From: an uncultured virus (IMG/VR IMGVR_UViG_3300020465_000007)
Lineage: Duplodnaviria > Heunggongvirae > Uroviricota > Caudoviricetes
Length of the DNA: 20,000 bases
Virus record (IMG/VR): IMGVR_UViG_3300020465_000007
Strand: one strand, 5' to 3'
Of the stretch, positions 1 through 8,489 are shown one piece after another. The stretch's first letter is position 1. Every line of letters begins with the position of its first letter. A model generated the notes under the pieces. It was not told where the DNA came from, made no database searches, and saw only the letters and a list, made by a program, of their open reading frames with translations. Position numbers and translations under genes: made by a program.

Positions 1-2
1 TA

Positions 3-1814
3 GGTATTGCCTCTACCGACACCGCTAAGTTTGCAAAATTATTTTCATCATTAACTGGTGAAACTTTGAATGCGGGTGTAAATACTGCTAAGATGGCAGC
101 TAGTTTAGCTCAATCAAATGATGTTGCACCAGGAAAAGTAATGGCTGATATAGCTTCAAGTACAGAAGAATTTGCTGCATATGGAAAAGATGGTGGTAAG
201 AATATAATTGATGCAGCTATTGCGGCTAGAAAATTGGGATTAGAACTTAAAACTCTAACTAGAATTTCAGATACTTTATTAGACTTTGAATCTTCCATAC
301 AAAGTGAAATGGAAGCCTCAATGTTAATTGGTAAACAATTAAATTATAATAAGGCTAGGGAACTTGCTTTACAAGGTGATATTGCTGGAGCTGCAAAAGA
401 TGTTATGAAACAGATTGGTGGGGCAGCAGAATTCCAAAAATTAAATGTAGTACAAAGAAAGAAACTTGCTGCATCTATTGGGGTATCAGTAGATGAAATG
501 AGTAAATTAGCCAGTGGTGAATTGAAGATAAAAGATGATAAAACTGATTTATCAAAAAATACAGATCAGTTAATGGAATCAATTGGTGCTATGGGTAAGT
601 TGACTATTGCAATAGGAGTATTGACTGCAGCAATGGCTGTTAAGGCGGGAATGGATTTCTTTGGTGGTAGAGGTGGTAGAGGTAGTAGATTACCTAGAGG
701 TGCACCTCAATCTGGAGTTAGAGGTAGTAGACTTAATCCTATGAATTGGGGAAAAACTAGAAATTCAGGTGGTAACATAAGAGTTAATAGTAAAGCTGGT
801 TACTTACAAAGAGGTTTTACTGCAATAAAAGAAATGAAAAATCCATTAGCTGGTTCTGGTGGTAGAATAATGGATAGTATAAGAAATATAAAAAATCCAT
901 TAGCTGGTATGAAAAATCCATTATCTGGTGGTGGAGCAAAAGCAATGGATTTTGCTGGTGATATGTTTTCAATGAAAAATATGAAAGGTTTACTAAGTAA
1001 GGGTAAATTTAGTATTGGTGGTTTGGCAGCGGGTTTATTAATAGATCCAATTAAAAACGCATTTACGGAAGAAGGAAGTGTTATGAATAAAATGTTGTCA
1101 GTTGCAGATAAGACTGCGACTTACGCTGGATTAGGTGGAATGGGTGGTGCTGCAGTTGGTTCAGTAGTTCCTGTTGCTGGTAATATTTCTGCTGGAGCTA
1201 TTGGTGCTATAGGTGGTGGTCTAACTGGTTTTGGTATTGGTATGTGGGAAGAATTTGGTGGAGAACTTAAAAATTGGTGGAGTGGTGAGTCTAAAACAGT
1301 AGAGGCAGCATCTAAGGCAAATCAAGAAGTTATTAAAAAAGTAGCACAAGTAGTACAAACAGGTCCTATGCAAGGTCCTCCAGTACCACCTGCAGAATTG
1401 ACAGAAGTACAAAAAGCACAAGCTGCTATTGCTGAAAAACAAGCAATTTTTGAGGCAGAACAAAAAGCTATTGCGGCAGAAGAAGAAAAGAGACTTCTGG
1501 AGGAAAGGGCAAGACTTGAAGAAGAAAGACAGGCGACACTTGCAGCAGAAAAAGCAATATTAGAACAACAATTACAACTTCAAGATTTAAACAGTAAATT
1601 AGAACAAGCAAGAGCTAATGAAGCTAATGCTGCAGCTTCAATAGCTAAATATTCAGACCCTGAAACTAAACAAGTTCTTTCTGAGAAAAGTCAAAAACAA
1701 AGAATGAAAATGTTTGAAAGACAACTAGAACAATCACAAAGGAATCAGGATCAATTAATAGCTGCGATAGAAAAATTAAATAAAACAACCGCAAATTTAG
1801 CAGATAACTCATAA
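3..1814 (+). CDS. Tail tape measure protein, C-terminal part (5' truncated by window)
   Basis: The frame is open from base 3, so the TTG at 66 is not the true start. Ala/Gly/Lys-rich helical sequence (LLDFESSIQSEMEASMLIGKQLNYNKARELALQGD), two hydrophobic Gly-rich segments and a C-terminal coiled coil. Lies directly upstream of baseplate-type genes. Confidence 0.75.
   Translation, partial: GIASTDTAKFAKLFSSLTGETLNAGVNTAKMAASLAQSNDVAPGKVMADIASSTEEFAAYGKDGGKNIIDAAIAARKLGLELKTLTRISDTLLDFESSIQSEMEASMLIGKQLNYNKARELALQGDIAGAAKDVMKQIGGAAEFQKLNVVQRKKLAASIGVSVDEMSKLASGELKIKDDKTDLSKNTDQLMESIGAMGKLTIAIGVLTAAMAVKAGMDFFGGRGGRGSRLPRGAPQSGVRGSRLNPMNWGKTRNSGGNIRVNSKAGYLQRGFTAIKEMKNPLAGSGGRIMDSIRNIKNPLAGMKNPLSGGGAKAMDFAGDMFSMKNMKGLLSKGKFSIGGLAAGLLIDPIKNAFTEEGSVMNKMLSVADKTATYAGLGGMGGAAVGSVVPVAGNISAGAIGAIGGGLTGFGIGMWEEFGGELKNWWSGESKTVEAASKANQEVIKKVAQVVQTGPMQGPPVPPAELTEVQKAQAAIAEKQAIFEAEQKAIAAEEEKRLLEERARLEEERQATLAAEKAILEQQLQLQDLNSKLEQARANEANAAASIAKYSDPETKQVLSEKSQKQRMKMFERQLEQSQRNQDQLIAAIEKLNKTTANLADNS
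834..929 (+). repeat. Three 21-bp in-frame repeats (M/I-KNPL-A/S-G)
   Basis: atgaaaaatccattagctggt at 834-854, ataaaaaatccattagctggt at 888-908, atgaaaaatccattatctggt at 909-929. Confidence 0.9.
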
Positions 1815-1824
1815 GGAAATTAAA

Positions 1825-4800
1825 ATGGCATTAATAGATATGTTAACCGATATAAAAAGTTTCAACTACAATAAAGTAGGTAAGAAACATGATGAGTATT
1901 TTGGTGAGGATAATGCTACTGGATTTACAACTAATAGAGATACAAAAAATCCTACTGAATTTGGAGGTGTTAATGGTGAAAAATTCAATAGTAATTCTTC
2001 TGTATATAGTAAGATAAAAGGTGTTGATTTTTTTACAAATACAAATAGACCTGGTTTCTTATTTGATATGACAACCGATTTTGATGAAAGTAAGACTTCA
2101 TTGTATATTATTGGTAGTGGTAATGATTTTAATTTTACAGAAAAGAGAGGATTTTCAACATTTAATGTTTCAACACCATATACAATAGATAGAGATACTG
2201 GTGATGAAACCGAACTACCTGATGGTGGTGGTAGTCTTTATAGTAAAAAGATTAATGATTTTAGGGCTGGATTAAGTCGTGTAGATTTCTTTGGTAATGA
2301 ACATAGACCAGGATTTTTACCCAATTTACAAAATTTGTTAAAAGTAACATTTTTCACTGGTCTTACATCAACTGAATTTGATACAAATAGTAGTTTATAT
2401 AGTACTGGATTGGATGGACAACAACTAACTGGTGTTGATTTTATTTTTAACACAAACGCTACAGGATTTACTCCAAATAGAAAAACACAAGACTTAGGAC
2501 CAGGGTTAGGTGAAAGGGGTTTTACGGAACTTGCAACTGGTGAAAAGGCTGGTGAATATTTAATCGGTGGAACTGAATATGGTTTTCCAACACCAGGTAA
2601 AAACTTTGGTGGTGAAATATTTTTTAGTGATATACACGCTACAGGATTTACTCCGAATAGAACCACTAAAGATTTAGGACCAGGTTTAGGTCAAAGGGGG
2701 TTTTCAATAGTTGGTAATGGTGAAAAGGCTGGTGAATATAAAATTGGTTCAAGTGATTATGACAAGATAGTTCGTTCTTATGAAAATTTTCCAGTATTAT
2801 CAACAGCAGTTTTTGAGAATAGTGATATACCACTTAGAGATTCATTGTCTATGCAAAGTGATGGTACATTTAGTCTTAAACAATATTCGGTATTAAATAC
2901 AAGTTATGGTCAAATAAGGGTAGCAAGAAGTGTTGATAATAGAAATATGGGTATTAATTTAGGTAATGAAGTACCAAAAGAATCTAAAGATTATATTACA
3001 TCAAAACCAAATATACCAACTGTACCTGATTTTAGTGAAGGTCATGTATATGGTGCTCCAATATCAAGACTAGCATTAGAAGATAGAAAGGGTGATGTAG
3101 ATAATCAATATATCAAATTCGGTGGTGGAAATGCTGGATTGAGACCTGGTTATGCTAGTAATGCTAATCAAGGTGTTTTTGGTTTTGATTCACCATATAT
3201 TATAAAAGAGATTGGGGATAGATATGATTCTTTAGATTGGGCAGTAGATAGTGCTATTACAATTTTACCATTTAAAATAGTTAGAACCGCAGAAGATGTA
3301 ATTAGAATAGGTAAGTGGAATTTGACTGCTAAAGGTATTATGTGGAATGCTAATCAATTTTTACTAACAAATCAAGGTGCTAGACAAGAAACTAAACTTT
3401 TTAATCCATTAGGAACTTTGGGATCAATAGTTCCTCATGTACATTTACCAAGACATACTGATGGTACATTTAAAGATTTTGAAGAACCAGACAAATATCC
3501 AGATAAAATTACTGGTACTTCTACTATATTTGCACACAAACTACATCAACCTCTTTTTGGTGAAAGTGGACAGAGAATACCAGACGATCCTACTGGTTTA
3601 GCACAAGAGGCCTTAGATAGAACAGATGCATCGTTTAAAGGTATGGGAATAAATTATACTAATAGGATGGAAAATTTAAGATACTATAGGGTTGAAGAAA
3701 ATAAAGGTCCAGTTCCAAATTTACATCCACTTACAGCTTTAGGGTTGGGCAATAAAGAATTTGTAGATCCAACTCATCATGTAAAGAGTACAAAAGGTCC
3801 TTTTGGCGAAAATTTAGGTAATAAAACAGAAGATGGTGAAAAAATAGAAGATAAACATAGTAGTCTAATTACAAATTATAAAAACTTAGAAAACTTTCCA
3901 GCATCTACAGGTCAAGGAGGAGTAAGGGGAATTGACAGTTCATTAAAAAATATGGAACAGATGAATTTAGCTGGTGATGATGTTGAAAAAATTAATATAA
4001 AACAATCAACAGGTGCTGTTCTTGCTAGTGAAGTTAGTAAGAAAAAAGGTCCTGTTAAAAAGAAAGAATTAGCCACTAAATATAATTTGGGTAGAGGTTT
4101 AATATCTAAAGGTGATAAGTTATATGAAGTTGGAACTTCAAATATGTTACAAGTTCCTTATGGTGGAGTATTTAATAAATTAAAATCAAGTATAGGTGAT
4201 TTACCAAAAGATTTTATAAATTTTAGAATTAGAGATGCAGTTAATGGAAAATGGTTAATATTTCCAGCACATTTAGGAGCAATAACAGATACCATTAGTC
4301 CAGAATGGACAAAAGAGGCCTATATTGGTAGGCCTGATGAAGTACATATTTATACAAAGACTTCAAGAACAGTAGGTTTTGATTTTAAAGTGGCTGCATT
4401 TACAAAACAAGAAATTCCAATTATACAAGAAAAGATGAATTATTTGGTTGGTTTGGGTTATCCAACATTTAAGAAAATGTTACCTACTGATGTAGAAGAA
4501 AGACCAGTTTCACCCTATATCTATTTGACCATTGGAGATTTGTTTAATAATACTCCAGGATACTTTGATAGTATTACAATTTCTACCGAAGAAAATTATA
4601 CATGGGAAATTGATGAGGGATTTCAAACACCAATGATGTATAATGTTAGTGTTAATTTTGTTTATATTGGTAGACATTTACCACAAACATTAGGTAAACA
4701 TTATGATGTGCCTTGGTTAAAGGATGTTGGTGCTGGACCTAATAAATATGGTACATTTGGTAGTCAAGATCCAAGAGATGAAAGTCCAAAAAGTATTAGA

Positions 4801-4869
4801 CCATTTATAGAAGGTGGGGATGTTGAAGATCATTGGTCTAAAAATGTACAACCACATGGGACAAGTTAA
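1825..4869 (+). CDS. Baseplate / tail-tube-initiator-like protein (T4 gp48/54- or P2 gpU-like C-terminal domain) with an N-terminal repeat region
   Basis: The C-terminal ~200 aa (ITDTISPEWTKEAYIGRPDEVHIYTKTSRTVGFDFKV...SPYIYLTIGDLFNNTPGYFDSITIS...WEID) has the pattern of tube-fold initiator proteins. Sits between the tape measure and LysM genes, the canonical order. RBS AAGGA upstream. Confidence 0.6.
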   Translation: MALIDMLTDIKSFNYNKVGKKHDEYFGEDNATGFTTNRDTKNPTEFGGVNGEKFNSNSSVYSKIKGVDFFTNTNRPGFLFDMTTDFDESKTSLYIIGSGNDFNFTEKRGFSTFNVSTPYTIDRDTGDETELPDGGGSLYSKKINDFRAGLSRVDFFGNEHRPGFLPNLQNLLKVTFFTGLTSTEFDTNSSLYSTGLDGQQLTGVDFIFNTNATGFTPNRKTQDLGPGLGERGFTELATGEKAGEYLIGGTEYGFPTPGKNFGGEIFFSDIHATGFTPNRTTKDLGPGLGQRGFSIVGNGEKAGEYKIGSSDYDKIVRSYENFPVLSTAVFENSDIPLRDSLSMQSDGTFSLKQYSVLNTSYGQIRVARSVDNRNMGINLGNEVPKESKDYITSKPNIPTVPDFSEGHVYGAPISRLALEDRKGDVDNQYIKFGGGNAGLRPGYASNANQGVFGFDSPYIIKEIGDRYDSLDWAVDSAITILPFKIVRTAEDVIRIGKWNLTAKGIMWNANQFLLTNQGARQETKLFNPLGTLGSIVPHVHLPRHTDGTFKDFEEPDKYPDKITGTSTIFAHKLHQPLFGESGQRIPDDPTGLAQEALDRTDASFKGMGINYTNRMENLRYYRVEENKGPVPNLHPLTALGLGNKEFVDPTHHVKSTKGPFGENLGNKTEDGEKIEDKHSSLITNYKNLENFPASTGQGGVRGIDSSLKNMEQMNLAGDDVEKINIKQSTGAVLASEVSKKKGPVKKKELATKYNLGRGLISKGDKLYEVGTSNMLQVPYGGVFNKLKSSIGDLPKDFINFRIRDAVNGKWLIFPAHLGAITDTISPEWTKEAYIGRPDEVHIYTKTSRTVGFDFKVAAFTKQEIPIIQEKMNYLVGLGYPTFKKMLPTDVEERPVSPYIYLTIGDLFNNTPGYFDSITISTEENYTWEIDEGFQTPMMYNVSVNFVYIGRHLPQTLGKHYDVPWLKDVGAGPNKYGTFGSQDPRDESPKSIRPFIEGGDVEDHWSKNVQPHGTS
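2456..2750 (+). repeat. Intragenic direct repeat with a 180-bp (60-aa) period
   Basis: acgctacaggatttactcc[a/g]aataga... at 2456 and 2636; ggtgaaaaggctggtgaatat at 2539 and 2719. The protein segment ATGFTPNRxTxDLGPGLGxRGF...GEKAGEYxIG occurs twice. Confidence 0.92.
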
Positions 4870-5192
4870 TGAGTAGATATAAAAATACAAAAATAAAAAA
4901 TGATATATATTCTAATAATCGTGTATTAAGAGTTACTGAATATCCAAAAATAACACCTAAAGAAAGTGATATAGTATATTATACTAGATTTGATGATTCT
5001 TATATGAGTCTAGCTCATAGATATTATAAAGACCAATCATTATGGTGGGTTATTGCTAGAGCCAATTCACCCTTTAAAGGTAAATTTAAATTTGAAGCAG
5101 GTACTAAACTCATCATACCAACTGATATTTCAGATGTGATGAGTGAGATGTATTTATTAAATTCAACAAGAGAAATATCAGATCCTAAATAA
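4869..5192 (+). CDS. LysM-fold baseplate wedge protein (P2 gpX / T4 gp53-like)
   Basis: DSYMSLAHRYYKDQSLWWVIARANS...GTKLIIP matches the phage LysM/gpX pattern. TAATG overlap with the upstream gene. Confidence 0.8.
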   Translation: MSRYKNTKIKNDIYSNNRVLRVTEYPKITPKESDIVYYTRFDDSYMSLAHRYYKDQSLWWVIARANSPFKGKFKFEAGTKLIIPTDISDVMSEMYLLNSTREISDPK

Positions 5193-5194
5193 TT

Positions 5195-7732
5195 ATGTTT
5201 GAGAAAAATAATATAGAGACAAAAATTCAAGAAAAACTATTTCAAAGAATTAGAGCTATGAATAGAGAAGGGGTGGAGTTTGATCCATTAGCACCTGCTA
5301 GTGATGGTGTTCAGGACCAGGCCGTTCAAGCTTGGTTAGCTAAATCTTGTTGGGCAAGGGTTATTTCCGCTGTAGTTTATACACCAGATAGTTTAGATGG
5401 TGAAATGGCAGGTCCACCAGCACCAAATTCTAAAGCTAAATTGATGAGAATGTCTAGTGCTTTTAATACAGAGGGTGAAGGTGGTTATAGTCCAATAAAT
5501 AAACCTATAACATCACAACAAAGTCTTTTTACATCTGATTCTTCAGCAACATTTAGACCACATAGTGGTATTACAAGTATTAATACAAGTTTTATGTCAC
5601 AAACAGTACAATCGGTAGATATAAGTTGGAAGTTATGGGATATTAAACAATTTGAAACATATCAAAATGCATTTTTAACACATGGTAGAATTATTACAGT
5701 AGAATTTGGTTGGTCAACACCACAAGTAGCTACGGATAAACTTGATGTATCCACGGTTGATGGTATGAGGGCTATTTATAAAAAACAACAAGAACATATT
5801 TTAAATATGGGTGGTGATTATTTTGTAACTACTGGTAAGATAGTAAGTTTTGATTTTACTGTTGGTCAAAATGGAGAATATATTTGTAGTACTAAATTAA
5901 GCTCTATGGGAAATGATGTCTTTGCTGGACAAATAAGTGAAAATGAAAATGACGCACCAATAAAAATAAGAACAGATAGTGAAGATATGGAGAGAGCAAT
6001 AAAAATATCTCAAAATACATTCACTAATTATATTAAGAGTTTAGAGTTACATTTAGCAGAGGCTAAGGATGAAGAAGGTGTATATTGTGATGAAGATACT
6101 GGAAGAACTTGGTGTACTTGGGGATATTTTGAAGATAAGGTATTAAATACCTATTTTGCATTTTCTAGTGATTGGGCAAAGGATATACCAACTCTTGGTG
6201 ACCATGACAATTCATCTTTATTGATGTATATTAGGTCAAAGCACTTTCCAAACAATTCTGTACAAGTAAATGAACTTGAAAATGTTTGTAGATACCATAG
6301 TGAAATTACAACAAAATCATTAGATATATATTTACCAGGTAGTGTTATTGATTTACCTAGCTCAGATCAACCTGTTTTAAAAAATCAATCAGATAAGGCA
6401 AGGGTAAACTATGCAAATCTCCGTAGAATTATGAAAGGATTAAAAAATAAATTTGCTAATAATAAATTTCATGATGAAACTTTAAATAAAGGTATAATAA
6501 GAAATTTTGTATTTAGTGATGATTTTTTAAAAGGTATATGGGGTAGTGGTATTAGTACAGTTCAAAGTGGTTTAGATTCACATTGGAATTCAGTTACTTC
6601 TCAATATGGTGGGTTTTGGAACTTCAAAGCTCGTTCTGATGTTTGGGATACAAGTAGAGTAGGTGTTTTTGAGAAATATACAGAAGGACCTACTGATATA
6701 AATGTTATAAATCCATTTAAAGATTCTACTCAAAAAACTGATTTTAGTAATATAGTAAAGGATAAGTGTTTTGTATTTTCAGTATATGGTAGGCATTCAC
6801 TAATTACTAATTTTAATGTTAGTGTCATTATGAGTTCTGATATGGCAACTATGGTAACTTATCATACCAATAATTCATCAGGACAATCACTTCCTGGTCC
6901 AGATGAAGTTGCAATAAAAGCAATGGCTGCATTTCAATTTCAAAAACCACCTAATGCTGCAGATTCTTATCCAGGTGCACAAAGTAGTGATGATTTAGTT
7001 TTAAAAGACATGACATTTCCGTTTATGGTAAATAAATATATTGATAGAAATGGTCCAGACGATCCTTATGTAATAAAAGATTTAACTGGAGACGGTCAAT
7101 CTTTTATGGCAGATCCTACAGCAACTTTAGAAAATAAGACAACAATTATTAAGGAAATTGACCAAATAGATGAAAGTGAACAAAGACAAGAAGAATTGGA
7201 TAAGGATGCTAAGGATAAAAATTATTGGTATAAAAAAGATGGTGAGGTAATGGATGATAAACTTATATATGACCAAAATGGAAAAATGTTAGATATATAT
7301 AGTAGAACTATGATTGGTATAATTAATCAGAATTTAATTGATCCTAAAACTAACACCGCAACTGCTGATCCAAATATACCTTTTAATGTATCATTTACTA
7401 TTCCAGGAATAGCTGGAATAAAACCATTTGATATGTTTCATATTGATTATTTACCAGAGTGGCATAGAAAAAATTGTATGTTTCAAATTACTAAAATATC
7501 ACATAAGTTGGAATTATCTGGTTGGACAACTGATATTGAATCTCAAATGAGAGTTGATGGTAAAGAAGTAGAAACAGAAAAGTATAAAAATCCTGATATG
7601 GATATATTAGATAATGAAAAACAGGCAAAGTGGTTTAAGCAAGTTAATACAATAGAAAATGAAGATAAACCAAGAGAACCAGAAGATAAACAAGATTGGT
7701 GGAATCCCTGGGACTGGTTTGATGGAAAATAA
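5195..7732 (+). CDS. Putative baseplate hub protein (T4 gp27 / Mu gp44 / P2 gpD-like)
   Basis: Follows the LysM gene. N-terminal ITVEFGWS...TGKIVSFDFTV...YICSTKL and C-terminal VSFTIPGIAGIKPFDMFHIDYLP...FQITKISHKLELSGWTTDIES are typical hub beta-barrel motifs. Confidence 0.6.
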   Translation: MFEKNNIETKIQEKLFQRIRAMNREGVEFDPLAPASDGVQDQAVQAWLAKSCWARVISAVVYTPDSLDGEMAGPPAPNSKAKLMRMSSAFNTEGEGGYSPINKPITSQQSLFTSDSSATFRPHSGITSINTSFMSQTVQSVDISWKLWDIKQFETYQNAFLTHGRIITVEFGWSTPQVATDKLDVSTVDGMRAIYKKQQEHILNMGGDYFVTTGKIVSFDFTVGQNGEYICSTKLSSMGNDVFAGQISENENDAPIKIRTDSEDMERAIKISQNTFTNYIKSLELHLAEAKDEEGVYCDEDTGRTWCTWGYFEDKVLNTYFAFSSDWAKDIPTLGDHDNSSLLMYIRSKHFPNNSVQVNELENVCRYHSEITTKSLDIYLPGSVIDLPSSDQPVLKNQSDKARVNYANLRRIMKGLKNKFANNKFHDETLNKGIIRNFVFSDDFLKGIWGSGISTVQSGLDSHWNSVTSQYGGFWNFKARSDVWDTSRVGVFEKYTEGPTDINVINPFKDSTQKTDFSNIVKDKCFVFSVYGRHSLITNFNVSVIMSSDMATMVTYHTNNSSGQSLPGPDEVAIKAMAAFQFQKPPNAADSYPGAQSSDDLVLKDMTFPFMVNKYIDRNGPDDPYVIKDLTGDGQSFMADPTATLENKTTIIKEIDQIDESEQRQEELDKDAKDKNYWYKKDGEVMDDKLIYDQNGKMLDIYSRTMIGIINQNLIDPKTNTATADPNIPFNVSFTIPGIAGIKPFDMFHIDYLPEWHRKNCMFQITKISHKLELSGWTTDIESQMRVDGKEVETEKYKNPDMDILDNEKQAKWFKQVNTIENEDKPREPEDKQDWWNPWDWFDGK

Positions 7733-7733
7733 A

Positions 7734-7781
7734 TTACATTTTGAGAAAATAGTTATATATTTATAATAAATCAAGGTTATA
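7734..7781 (+). promoter_or_regulatory. Putative promoter upstream of thyX
   Basis: TTACATTTTGAGAAAA (7734-7749) is identical to 13263-13278. TATTTATA/TATAAT at 7758-7767. AATCAAGGTTATA (7769-7781) is identical to 13407-13419. Confidence 0.6.
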
Positions 7782-7784
7782 GTT

Positions 7785-8489
7785 ATGTTAAAATCCCAAG
7801 TATTAGACAAAGGTTTTATCGAGGTTGTAGACTCGCTCGGTAATGACCTTACAGTAGTAAACTCCGCTCGTGTATCATTCGGTAAAAGAAAAACCAAGTT
7901 TGATAAATCAGATGAAAGATTGGTTCGCTATCTTGCCAAATATAAACACTATTCACCATTTAGACATTTACAAGTACAATTCCATGTAAAGGCACCAGAG
8001 TTTGTTATGAGACAATGGTACAAGCATGTAGTGGGAATTGAAACTACTTCCAACTCATCTACCAAAGACCATGCTTGGAATGAGATAAGTGGTAGGTATG
8101 TACCAGTAGAAGAATTCTATGTACCAGAGGTTTGGAGAAAACAAAGTGAAGATAATAAACAAGCTTCAGATGGTGTATTGGATGATTTACAACAAAAAAG
8201 AATGAGTATGAATTATAGTGTATTTATGAACCAAGTTGAGATGGCTTATGAAACTATGATAAATACTGGAGTCGCTAAAGAACAAGCAAGAATCTTATTA
8301 CCTTTATCACAATACACCGAAGTATATTGGACAGCATCTTTTCAGGCCATTATGAATTTTATTGAGTTGAGAGATGAGAAAACTTCACAAATAGAAATAC
8401 AATTGTATGCTAAGGCCATGAAAGAACTTATGTTTGATGTATATCCTAAAACAACTGAAATTTGGAGTAAATTGTATTGGGAGAAGTAG
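7785..8489 (+). CDS. thyX: Flavin-dependent thymidylate synthase ThyX
   Basis: VVNSARVSF, HYSPFRH, APEFVMRQW, NEISGRY, GVAKEQARILLP, FIELR...QIEIQLYA. Confidence 0.93.
   Translation: MLKSQVLDKGFIEVVDSLGNDLTVVNSARVSFGKRKTKFDKSDERLVRYLAKYKHYSPFRHLQVQFHVKAPEFVMRQWYKHVVGIETTSNSSTKDHAWNEISGRYVPVEEFYVPEVWRKQSEDNKQASDGVLDDLQQKRMSMNYSVFMNQVEMAYETMINTGVAKEQARILLPLSQYTEVYWTASFQAIMNFIELRDEKTSQIEIQLYAKAMKELMFDVYPKTTEIWSKLYWEK

Noticed and set aside
2456..2750. 180-bp repeat as a diversity-generating retroelement TR/VR pair or a CRISPR array
   Set aside because: Both copies are in frame within one CDS, differences are not restricted to adenines, there is no reverse transcriptase in the window, and there is no repeat-spacer periodicity.
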